From NCBI GenBank assembly GCA_947088195.1, contig CAMUFS010000001.1:1-34595 (forward strand): DNA of 34,595 bases, given 5' to 3'. This document shows positions 26,654 to 34,595 of this stretch, piece by piece; position 1 is the stretch's first letter, and each line of letters begins with the position of its first letter. The stretch comes from an uncultured Clostridia bacterium. Lineage in GTDB: Bacteria; Bacillota; Clostridia; Lachnospirales; Lachnospiraceae. Under the pieces are notes generated by a model. The model did no database searches, was not told the origin of the DNA, and saw nothing but the letters and a program-made list of their open reading frames with translations. The position numbers and the translations under genes are program-made.

Positions 26654-27628
26654 ATGGCAAAAGAGATAAAAACAATAGGTGTACTGACAAGTGGAGGAGA
26701 CGCTCCGGGCATGAATGCGGCGATACGTGCGGTGGTGCGCACAGCATTGGCGCGCGGAAAACAGGTAAAGGGTATTATGAAGGGATATCAGGGCCTGTTA
26801 AATGAAGAGATTGAGGATATGGAGAAGATTGGTGTGTCCAGTATTATCCAGAGAGGCGGTACCATTCTCGGCACGGCGCGCAGCACAGAATTTAAGACGG
26901 AGGAAGGGCAGAAAAAGGGCGCAGATATCTGCCGTAAGCATGGAATAGAAGGGTTGGTTGTCATTGGTGGCGATGGTTCCTTCCGCGGTGCACAGCGACT
27001 TGCCAATCTGGGAATTAATACAATCGGTATTCCAGGCACAATCGATCTCGATATTGCCTGCACCGATTACACCATAGGCTTTGACACAGCCGTAAATACA
27101 GCAATGCAGGCGATCGACAAGGTCAGGGATACCTCCACCTCCCATGAGAGATGTAGTATTATCGAGGTTATGGGCAGACATGCAGGCTATATAGCATTGT
27201 GGTGTGGTATTGCCAACGGTGCGGAGGATATTTTGTTGCCAGAACGCTATGATAACGATGAACAGGCGCTGATCAACAATATTATCAGAAATAGAAAAAA
27301 CGGAAAAAAACATCACATTATTATAAATGCAGAGGGAATTGGACATTCTGCAAGCATGGCGAGAAGAATCGAGGCTGCGACAGGTGTGGAGACCAGAGCG
27401 ACCATTCTTGGGCATATTCAAAGAGGAGGAAGCCCAACCTGCAAGGACCGTGTCTATGCATCCATTATGGGAAGCTATGCAGTTGATCTGCTCTGTGAGG
27501 GCAAGAGTAAGAGAATTGTCGCTTACGCGGGTGGAAAATATGTTGATTTTGATATTAATGAGGCGCTTGCAATGAAGAAGGATATATCAGAATATCAATT
27601 TAATGTAAGCAAGATATTGGGGCGCTGA
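26654..27628 (+). CDS. pfkA: ATP-dependent 6-phosphofructokinase
   Basis: IGVLTSGGDAPGMNAAIRAVVR, GGDGS, IPGTIDLD and MGRHAG motifs. Confidence 0.97.
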   Translation: MAKEIKTIGVLTSGGDAPGMNAAIRAVVRTALARGKQVKGIMKGYQGLLNEEIEDMEKIGVSSIIQRGGTILGTARSTEFKTEEGQKKGADICRKHGIEGLVVIGGDGSFRGAQRLANLGINTIGIPGTIDLDIACTDYTIGFDTAVNTAMQAIDKVRDTSTSHERCSIIEVMGRHAGYIALWCGIANGAEDILLPERYDNDEQALINNIIRNRKNGKKHHIIINAEGIGHSASMARRIEAATGVETRATILGHIQRGGSPTCKDRVYASIMGSYAVDLLCEGKSKRIVAYAGGKYVDFDINEALAMKKDISEYQFNVSKILGR

Positions 27629-28398
27629 TGATTACGAGCGTCAATAATCCATCTGTGAAGAATATTATCGCACTGAGAAAAAAAGGAAAGCTTCGCAGAG
27701 AGCAGGATGTTTTTTTGGTGGAGGGGCCAAAGATGGCCGCCGAGATACCAGAAGGGTATCTGAAAGAATTGTATATTTCCGAAGATTTTGATAGAGAACA
27801 GTACCATTCGCTTCTTAAGGGCAAAAATTATGAGTTGGTGAGCGAGCGAGTATTCCGTGAGATGAGTGACACACAGACTCCTCAGGGAGTGCTTGCTGTC
27901 GTGCGCCAGCGGCACAGCACCCTTGAGGGGCTTCTTGGTGTGCCAAAAAGTCATATTTTGATCCTTGAGGATGTGCAAGATCCGGGAAATCTTGGAACGA
28001 TGCTTCGCACTGGAGAAGGTGCCGGGGTAACAGGAGTTATCTTGAGCAAGGGATGCGTGGATCTGTATAATCCCAAGGTAATACGTTCCACTATGGGTTC
28101 TATATACCGTGTACCCTTTGTCTACACAGAGGATTTGCATAAGACAATACAAAGGATAAAAGAGAGATGTAAAATATATGCAGCGCATCTGCAAGGAACT
28201 TGTAATTATGATAGAGCAGATTATGCAGATGGCACGGCGATATTGATAGGAAATGAGTCAAAAGGGCTTACAAAAGAAACAGCAGAGATGGCTGATGTGT
28301 GGGTGAAGATTCCCATGCAGGGAAAGGTAGAATCATTGAATGCAGCGATAGCAGCATCTTTGTTGATGTATGAGGTATATCGGCAGAGAAGAATGTAG
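27628..28398 (+). CDS. TrmH/SpoU-family RNA 2'-O-methyltransferase
   Basis: SpoU_sub_bind N-terminal region plus SpoU motifs (LEDVQDPGNLGTMLRT, LIGNESKGL, IPMQGKVESLNAAIAASLLMYE). The start overlaps the pfkA stop (TGATG). Confidence 0.9.
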   Translation: MITSVNNPSVKNIIALRKKGKLRREQDVFLVEGPKMAAEIPEGYLKELYISEDFDREQYHSLLKGKNYELVSERVFREMSDTQTPQGVLAVVRQRHSTLEGLLGVPKSHILILEDVQDPGNLGTMLRTGEGAGVTGVILSKGCVDLYNPKVIRSTMGSIYRVPFVYTEDLHKTIQRIKERCKIYAAHLQGTCNYDRADYADGTAILIGNESKGLTKETAEMADVWVKIPMQGKVESLNAAIAASLLMYEVYRQRRM

Positions 28399-28445
28399 AT
28401 CTGGCAGGAAATATTTTTAAGATATGCTCTAGCTTTTACATATAC

Positions 28446-28474
28446 TTGACAAATTTTAAAGAATTTGTTAAAAT
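28446..28474 (+). promoter_or_regulatory. Promoter of the SleB-like hydrolase gene
   Basis: TTGACA (28446-28451), 17-nt spacer, TGtTAAAAT (-10 at 28469-28474). Confidence 0.6.
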
Positions 28475-28545
28475 GTCCTTGTCACAGTTAATAAGTTTGT
28501 AATATATCAAATTTGTTGCAGTATTTGCAAGGTTGGAGGTTTCAT

Positions 28546-29862
28546 ATGTTAAAGCCGTATAGGGCAGCAGTTATCGGCACAGCTTGTACGATGGCAGCGG
28601 TTGTAGCAACCGGCCTGATTTCGCTTAAAGATGAACAACCAAATAAGGATACTAGCCAAGCTTTGGCGATGGAGAGGAGTATGTCTGCGGATGTAGAACA
28701 GCATGAGGCTGGACCTATCTTGACACTTGCCAGAGCAGCAGATATACCGGTGGTAATTTTAGAGGTATCTGCGGAAGTGGAAGAGCATCGAAATGCAGAG
28801 GCAGAACTTGAGACAGAGGCACAGACAGAACCCTTGCCGGAGGAGACAGCTCCGGTGGAAACCATTCCTGAAGAGACAGAGCCTGAGACGACCGTGGAGC
28901 CATCTGAATTTGATGGTTATGTACTTCCGGTTGTCGATGTCTACCTGAACATTCGGTCAGAGCCATCCACAGAGGCGGCGGTTATCGGAAAGCTTTATGT
29001 GGGCGCTATGGCTAAGATTGTAGAACAAAGTGGAGAATGGACAAAGATCAGCTCTGGTACTGTGGAAGGGTATGTAAATAACGAGTATATTGTGACAGGC
29101 TTGGAGGCAGAAGAGTTAGCCAGACAAGATGGAAGAATGGTAGCGACCGTGCTTGAGAACGGAATTAATGTGCGGGAGAATCCGGGGATGGATGCTGATG
29201 TTCTCAATATAGCTGGTCAAGGAGAGCAATATGAGGTTGCAGAGGAAGCAGAGGGGTGGATTGGAATCCGTTACTCTGAAAATATAACGGCATATATGTC
29301 AGCAGATTATGTCAGTGTTGATTTCTTGCTGGGAGAGGCAATCTCGATAGAAGAGGAGCTAGAACAGATTCGAAAGGCTGAGGAAGAAGCTGCAAGGAAG
29401 GCAGCGGAACAGGCAAAGGCACAGGAGGAAGCCAAGGCAAGAGCGGCAGAGCGCCTTGCAAACAGTCAGCCGGTTGACACTGTGATTACGGAGGGCTACA
29501 GTGCCAGCTATGATGATACGTATCTTTTGGCGTGTCTTGTGCATATGGAGGCAGGTGCAGAGCCATATGAAGGCAAGCTTGCAGTTGCGAATGTTGTTTT
29601 GAATCGTTTGAAGAGTGGTTATGGAAGTACCATAGCAGAGGTTATCTACGCAAAGGGGCAATTTACAGGCGCTAATACAGGTGCGTTGGCTAACCGTCTT
29701 GCGAAAGGACCCAATGACGAATGTCTGCAGGCGGCCGTGGAAGCTCTGAATGGGGTGAATAATATCGGAGATTACCGAAATTTCATCGGTGTGGGCTGGG
29801 CAAATTATGGTTCCTACTCTTCTTATACAATTATAGGAAATCATTGCTTTTATAAAAGATAG
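28546..29862 (+). CDS. Cell-wall hydrolase with N-terminal anchor, acidic linker, two SH3-like domains, coiled coil and SleB-type (Hydrolase_2) catalytic domain
   Basis: The C-terminal block LLACLVHMEAGAEPYEGKLAVANVVLNRLKS...IYAKGQFT is typical of SleB/CwlJ-family hydrolases, with SH3b-like repeats (YLNIRSEPS..., INVRENPG...). The ATG at 28546 follows GGAGG. Confidence 0.85.
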   Translation: MLKPYRAAVIGTACTMAAVVATGLISLKDEQPNKDTSQALAMERSMSADVEQHEAGPILTLARAADIPVVILEVSAEVEEHRNAEAELETEAQTEPLPEETAPVETIPEETEPETTVEPSEFDGYVLPVVDVYLNIRSEPSTEAAVIGKLYVGAMAKIVEQSGEWTKISSGTVEGYVNNEYIVTGLEAEELARQDGRMVATVLENGINVRENPGMDADVLNIAGQGEQYEVAEEAEGWIGIRYSENITAYMSADYVSVDFLLGEAISIEEELEQIRKAEEEAARKAAEQAKAQEEAKARAAERLANSQPVDTVITEGYSASYDDTYLLACLVHMEAGAEPYEGKLAVANVVLNRLKSGYGSTIAEVIYAKGQFTGANTGALANRLAKGPNDECLQAAVEALNGVNNIGDYRNFIGVGWANYGSYSSYTIIGNHCFYKR

Positions 29863-29878
29863 AGAATAAACATATCAG

Positions 29879-29904
29879 GCGGCAGAGTTTTTCTGCCGCT
29901 TTTT
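29879..29904 (+). terminator. Rho-independent terminator after the SleB-like gene
   Basis: GCGGCAGA (29879-29886) / TCTGCCGC (29892-29899) followed by TTTTT. Confidence 0.8.
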
Positions 29905-29984
29905 AGATGCTTGCATTGCTCTGAGAAATGGGGTACAATGGTTGTTATCAATAGGCATATGTGTTGAGATTGGAGGGCGGATAT

Positions 29985-31208
29985 GTGGAATTAAAGTTTG
30001 ATACATCAAAGGAATATGGACTTGTTTTGGAAGGCGGCGGAGCGAGAGGGGCTTATCAGATTGGTGCATGGCGGGCACTTATGGAGGCAGGGATTCAGAT
30101 TAAGGGAGTTTCTGGCACCTCTGTGGGTGCGTTAAACGGTGCACTGGTATGTATGGGAGATCTGGAAAAAGCGGAGGAGGTCTGGGAAAATATTTCTTAT
30201 TCACAGGTGATGTCGGTCGAAGATGAGTTTATGGAGGGGATTATCAAACGTGATTTTAAGAAGATGGGTCAGGCAGAGGTTATCAAAAATTCTCTTCGTT
30301 ACCTCTCAAATGGAGGTATTGATGTGACACCGCTTCGTGAGCTGATTGCAAGTCATATTGATGAGAATAAGATCCGCTATGGAGATGTCGAGTTTTTCTT
30401 TCAGGTCTTTTCGGTGACAGGAATGCGCGAGCTTAATGTGGAAGCAAAGGAAGTACCGGATGGACAGCTTGCAGATATGGTGCTTGCAAGTGCGTATTTT
30501 CCCGTGTTTAAGAAAGAGAAAATCAACGGCAGCAGATTGATAGATGCAGGAATGTTTAATAATGTCCCTGTGGATTCGCTGGTGAATCGCGGCTATACAG
30601 ATATTATATCCATTCGTATCTATGGAATTGGATTAGAAAAAAAGGTGAAGCTGCCAGAGGAGGTGACAGTCACAGAGATAGCACCTCATGTAGAGCTGGG
30701 CAGCATCCTTGAATTTGATAATAAGAGAAGCCGCAAGAATATGACTATAGGCTATTATGACGCCATGCGTGTGTTATATGGGTTAAAGGGAAGAATATAT
30801 TATATTGACAGTGAGTTAGGAGAGCAGGAGTGTCTGGTCCGTTTTCTAATTCCAGCGGCAGAAAGCCAGAGATTTCTTGAGGAATATAGTTTAGAGCTGG
30901 AGAATGGAGCATCGCCCTACCGAGATATTTTGGAGAAGCTTCTTCCGGCAGTCGCCCAAGAATTAAAGCTTGAGAAAAATTGGAGTTATCAGGAGCTATA
31001 TCTTGCTATGCTGGAGGCATCTGCAAAGCTGTTGCGTGTTCAGAAATATCAAATCTATACAGAGGATGAGCTGCTTAGTGAGGTTAGAAGAAAATGGGAG
31101 GCAATGGCAGAAGAAAAAAGAGAGAAGCTACCTGATTTTGTGGAATATATTCTATCGACGGAGGAAGCAGGTGGACCGGCTATGAAAACCTTCTTAGAAA
31201 ATTTATAA
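29985..31208 (+). CDS. Patatin-like phospholipase family protein
   Basis: Oxyanion GGGARG, nucleophile elbow GTSVGA and the catalytic Asp context IDAGMF. The probable GTG start at 29985 lies 7 nt after GGAGGG; the track start is 29961. Confidence 0.85.
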   Translation: MELKFDTSKEYGLVLEGGGARGAYQIGAWRALMEAGIQIKGVSGTSVGALNGALVCMGDLEKAEEVWENISYSQVMSVEDEFMEGIIKRDFKKMGQAEVIKNSLRYLSNGGIDVTPLRELIASHIDENKIRYGDVEFFFQVFSVTGMRELNVEAKEVPDGQLADMVLASAYFPVFKKEKINGSRLIDAGMFNNVPVDSLVNRGYTDIISIRIYGIGLEKKVKLPEEVTVTEIAPHVELGSILEFDNKRSRKNMTIGYYDAMRVLYGLKGRIYYIDSELGEQECLVRFLIPAAESQRFLEEYSLELENGASPYRDILEKLLPAVAQELKLEKNWSYQELYLAMLEASAKLLRVQKYQIYTEDELLSEVRRKWEAMAEEKREKLPDFVEYILSTEEAGGPAMKTFLENL

Positions 31209-31218
31209 ATTTTTATAT

Positions 31219-31322
31219 AAATGAATAAATATGCATTTATTTTATTGCTTGAAATAGACTTTATAAATAAAGGTGATATTAGTGGTATTCCAATGGTAAG
31301 AGAATGATATAAAATGCATAAA
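31219..31322. promoter_or_regulatory. Two ARG-box-like operators (ArgR/AhrC sites) upstream of argF
   Basis: AATGAATAAATATGCATT (31220-31237) has one mismatch to the TGAAT-N4-ATTCA core. TGATATAAAATGCA (31305-31318) is a weaker second box abutting the -35. Confidence 0.5.
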
Positions 31323-31329
31323 AATAAGA

Positions 31330-31358
31330 TTGACAGGAATAAAAAGTTATAGTAATGT
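31330..31358 (+). promoter_or_regulatory. Candidate argF promoter
   Basis: TTGACA (31330-31335), 17-nt spacer, TAATGT (31353-31358). Confidence 0.45.
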
Positions 31359-31449
31359 ATTTTTATTATAATATCGAAAATTGTATTTTGTGCTTGTGCA
31401 TTGCTTGGCACAGAGGTTTTTAATAGAGCAGTGCAGAAATGAGGGTGAA

Positions 31450-32451
31450 ATGGATTTAAAGGGAAGGAATTTTTTGACATTAAAGGACTATACGCCGGAG
31501 GAGATTATGTATCTGCTTGATCTGGCAGCAGAGCTTAAGGAGAAAAAGAAAAAGGGAGTTTTGGTAGATACACTAAGAGGGAAGAATGTTGCACTGATTT
31601 TTGAGAAAACTTCAACAAGAACAAGGTGTTCGTTTGAGGTTGCCGCTCATGATCTGGGGATGGGGACGACATATCTCGATCCGTCTGGCTCTCAGATAGG
31701 GAAGAAGGAGAGTATTGCAGATACTGCACGGGTACTTGGCAGGATGTATGATGGAATTGAATATCGTGGATTTGCTCAGGAGATTGTGGAAGAGCTGGCA
31801 AAATATGCGGGGGTTCCTATCTGGAATGGCTTGACGAATGAATATCATCCAACGCAGATGCTTGCAGATCTGCTGACCATCAGAGAAAAATTTGGTTATC
31901 TAAAAGGCATTGCTTTTACCTATATGGGGGATGCCCGCTATAATATGGGAAATTCTTTGATGATAGCCTGTGCGAAGATGGGGATGCATTATACTGCTTG
32001 TGCACCGGAAAAATATTTTCCTGATAAGGAGTTGATAACATATTGTGAAAAGCTTGCCAAGGAGACAGGAGGAAGCGTGACATTGACGGAGGATAGGGAG
32101 GCAGGCACTCGTGGAGCGAATGTGATCTATACAGATGTCTGGGTGTCTATGGGAGAGCCAGATGAGGTGTGGGAGAGCCGCATTAAGGATTTGCTTCCAT
32201 ATCAGGTAAATCAGGCTGTGATGGATAATGCTTCAAGCAATGCTATCTTTATGCACTGTCTTCCCGCTTTTCATGATCAGAAAACTGGAATCGGGAGAAA
32301 GGTATTCGAACAGTTTGGAATCTCGGAGATGGAGGTTACAGATGAGGTTTTTGAATCCGAACGTTCTGTCGTCTTTGATGAAGCGGAGAATCGGATGCAT
32401 ACCATTAAAGCGGTGATGGCAGCGACATTAGGCTGGGAAAAGACCAGATAG
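31450..32451 (+). CDS. argF: Ornithine carbamoyltransferase
   Basis: STRTRCSFE carbamoyl-phosphate motif, HPTQ and HCLPA motifs. The ATG at 31450 follows GAGGGTG; the track start is 31381. Confidence 0.92.
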   Translation: MDLKGRNFLTLKDYTPEEIMYLLDLAAELKEKKKKGVLVDTLRGKNVALIFEKTSTRTRCSFEVAAHDLGMGTTYLDPSGSQIGKKESIADTARVLGRMYDGIEYRGFAQEIVEELAKYAGVPIWNGLTNEYHPTQMLADLLTIREKFGYLKGIAFTYMGDARYNMGNSLMIACAKMGMHYTACAPEKYFPDKELITYCEKLAKETGGSVTLTEDREAGTRGANVIYTDVWVSMGEPDEVWESRIKDLLPYQVNQAVMDNASSNAIFMHCLPAFHDQKTGIGRKVFEQFGISEMEVTDEVFESERSVVFDEAENRMHTIKAVMAATLGWEKTR

Positions 32452-32465
32452 TAAAGGAGCAGAGA

Positions 32466-32759
32466 ATGTATATAGGGCCGAAAAAGAAGGAAAAGTTCAG
32501 GCACTGGGGGATGGTTGTGGAATGTACCATTATGGGGCTTGGTTTATGCACGATTTTGCTTGCAGTATTGATTTTCTGTAATGCAGATAAGATGCTGAGA
32601 TGGCTTCCACTGATGTTTCTTTTGGCGGCACTGGTAAATGTGATAAGCTCCGTTAAGGCATTATATTATGGCAGGACGCTTGCTGGTATTGGGCTGTTTC
32701 TTGCGTCTGCAGGAATAGCGGCATTTGCGGTGGTAAGCTATATCACACTTTGGATATAG
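32466..32759 (+). CDS. Small hypothetical membrane protein (three predicted TM helices)
   Basis: The 97-aa ORF has three hydrophobic stretches. SD AAGGAG lies 6 nt upstream. Confidence 0.55.
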   Translation: MYIGPKKKEKFRHWGMVVECTIMGLGLCTILLAVLIFCNADKMLRWLPLMFLLAALVNVISSVKALYYGRTLAGIGLFLASAGIAAFAVVSYITLWI

Positions 32760-32790
32760 AGTATGGCTTGTGGAAATAGAGGATTGAATT

Positions 32791-33765
32791 ATGAAAACCC
32801 AGATATTGCGAATATTGCGAAATTCGCCGGACTATGTGTCAGGGCAGGAATTGTGTGAAGAGCTTGGAGTATCCCGCACAGCGGTTTGGAAGAGCATGAA
32901 TAAGCTGAAGGAAGAGGGATATGAGATTGAGGCAGTTCAGAATAGAGGCTATCATCTGATTTCCTGCCCAGATGTAGTGACGGAGAGTGAGATAGGAAGC
33001 AGGCTATCTACCTGCTGGGCGGGGAAAACGATTCTTCATTTTAAGGAAATTGATTCAACCAATAATCAGGCAAAAAGAGAGGCCGAAAAAGCAGAGCATG
33101 GAACGTTACTTGTCGCTGATATGCAGAATGCCGGCAAAGGAAGACGGGGAAGGAGTTGGTCCTCCCCCGCCGGAACGGGGATTTTTATGAGCTTAATTCT
33201 CAAACCCTTGCTTCGCCCAGCCTATGCGTCCATGCTGACATTGGTGGTCGCGCTCAGCACGGCAAGGGCAATAGAGGAGATTGTGGGGCTGGAAGCAGGG
33301 ATTAAGTGGCCAAATGATCTGGTGGTAAACAAGAAAAAAGTGACAGGCATTTTGACAGAGCTGAGTGCAGAGATGGAGCAGATTCACTATATTGTGATAG
33401 GAATAGGCATTAATGTTAATACAGAGAGCCTGCCTGTAGATATTGCTGATACAGCGACGTCGCTGCGGATAGAGTCTGGTCAGAAAATATCTCGTGCTGC
33501 ACTGATTGCCTGCTTTTTAAAACATTTTGAGAAGGATTATGAGATCTTTTTAAGCTCAAATGATCTATCTTTACTGATGGAAGAGTACAATCAAAGGCTT
33601 GTTAATAGAGGAAATATGGTGAGAGTGCTAGATCCAGAGGAAGAGTATGAGGGAAGAGCACTGGGAATTAACGAAAAGGGCGGTCTGTTGGTGCAGCGCG
33701 GGGAACAATTAGAAATTATTACATCAGGTGAGGTATCAGTTAGAGGAGTGTATGGATATGTCTGA
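32791..33765 (+). CDS. birA: Bifunctional biotin-[acetyl-CoA-carboxylase] ligase / biotin operon repressor
   Basis: N-terminal winged HTH (YVSGQELCEELGVSRTAVWKSMNKLKEEGYEI) and the ligase motif GKGRRGRSWSSP. The KWPNDL and C-terminal SH3-like domains are also present. Confidence 0.95.
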   Translation: MKTQILRILRNSPDYVSGQELCEELGVSRTAVWKSMNKLKEEGYEIEAVQNRGYHLISCPDVVTESEIGSRLSTCWAGKTILHFKEIDSTNNQAKREAEKAEHGTLLVADMQNAGKGRRGRSWSSPAGTGIFMSLILKPLLRPAYASMLTLVVALSTARAIEEIVGLEAGIKWPNDLVVNKKKVTGILTELSAEMEQIHYIVIGIGINVNTESLPVDIADTATSLRIESGQKISRAALIACFLKHFEKDYEIFLSSNDLSLLMEEYNQRLVNRGNMVRVLDPEEEYEGRALGINEKGGLLVQRGEQLEIITSGEVSVRGVYGYV

Positions 33766-34111
33766 CAGGGATGAAGTGGTACTTTGCTGCGCAAACTCTT
33801 ATAAGCAGAAATATTATCTGAATCCTGATTTTGCGCGTCTACCAGAGGCGGTTAAGGCAGAGCTTAAGATTATGTGTGTGCTGTTTACAGAGGATATTGG
33901 TGGGGTGCTTCTTCTTATTTTTGATAAGGAAGGAAATCTTAAGATACAAGTTAAGGCGGAGGACATGGATTATCTTTTTGATGAAATTGGATGTGGCTTA
34001 AAGGTGAAACAGCTAAGACAGGATAAATATGAACTGTTTTCAGGGCTTGAGCTTTATTATCAGGTAATTACAGGAAAGAAAGCACCGGAGGAATTTTTTG
34101 AGGAGGGATGA
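33758..34111 (+). CDS. Conserved hypothetical protein between birA and coaX
   Basis: The 117-aa ORF starts at an ATG at 33758, 9 nt after GAGGAG, and overlaps the birA end by 8 nt. No motif is recognised. Confidence 0.6.
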   Translation: MSDRDEVVLCCANSYKQKYYLNPDFARLPEAVKAELKIMCVLFTEDIGGVLLLIFDKEGNLKIQVKAEDMDYLFDEIGCGLKVKQLRQDKYELFSGLELYYQVITGKKAPEEFFEEG

Positions 34112-34112
34112 C

Positions 34113-34595
34113 ATGCTTTTGGTAGTGGATGTGGGAAATACAAATATTACATTGGGTGTGTTTCGTGACAGTGAGCTTTTGGCAAGCTTTCGCTTAATGA
34201 CAGGAATTGCTAGGACCTCAGATGAATATGGGCTATTGTTATGTGATTTAATTGAGCACCGAGGTATGAAGGTTTCTGATATTGATGCAGTGATAGTGTC
34301 CTCCGTTGTGCCTACCATTATGTATTCCTTTAACAGTGGTGTAAAAAAGTATCTAAACCGCAATCCATTTGAGGTAAAGCCAGGCACAAAGACAGGGATT
34401 AAGATCACAACTGGCAATCCATATGAGATTGGAGCCGATCGGATTGTGGACGCAGTCGGTGCATATGAGCAGTATGGTGGGCCTGTAATTGTGATTGATT
34501 TTGGGACGGCTACCACTTATGATGTCATTTTGGAGGATGGCTCTTTTACGGCAGGAATTACTGCGCCGGGGATACGAACCTTCGCGAAGGCTCTC
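34113..34595 (+). CDS. coaX: Type III pantothenate kinase, 3'-truncated by the window end (not in the ORF track)
   Basis: My own translation is [17 protein letters not shown]...[32 protein letters not shown]...AGITAPGI. The DVGNT, GADR and DFGTAT motifs of CoaX are present. Confidence 0.9.
   Translation, partial: MLLVVDVGNTNITLGVFRDSELLASFRLMTGIARTSDEYGLLLCDLIEHRGMKVSDIDAVIVSSVVPTIMYSFNSGVKKYLNRNPFEVKPGTKTGIKITTGNPYEIGADRIVDAVGAYEQYGGPVIVIDFGTATTYDVILEDGSFTAGITAPGIRTFAKAL

Overview
This 34.6 kb window looks like a chromosomal segment of a spore-forming Firmicute, probably a Clostridia or Lachnospiraceae-like organism. That taxonomic call is a guess from protein motifs and gene order. I support 32 protein-coding genes, including two the ORF track misses: a 55-aa ferredoxin and a 3'-truncated coaX. 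I found no rRNA, tRNA, CRISPR array, transposase, integrase or recognisable defence gene. Most of the content is housekeeping: a DEAD-box helicase, a small alarmone synthetase, pfl genes, mecA, hprK-glcK-murB-rapZ-whiA-dnaE-pfkA, a TrmH-family methyltransferase, argF, birA, coaX and cell-wall or spore-cortex hydrolases. Three things stand out. (1) The pyruvate formate-lyase locus is split. A 701-aa catalytic core lacks the glycyl-radical domain. It is followed by a degenerate 73-aa copy of that domain, then an intact 81-aa stand-alone radical-domain protein with its own strong SD, then pflA and an untracked 2x[4Fe-4S] ferredoxin. (2) Two inverted copies of a 139-nt rod-like hairpin element lie between merR and the alarmone synthetase. 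Their interiors are nearly identical, while their 24-bp stems differ at 5 positions, all with compensating changes. (3) A VTC-domain / DUF4956 / CotH-kinase cluster sits at the left end and could be a bacterial split analogue of the eukaryotic VTC polyphosphate machinery. Start codons were refined by SD spacing where the track's first Met looked wrong. All family assignments rest on motif recognition, not database searches.
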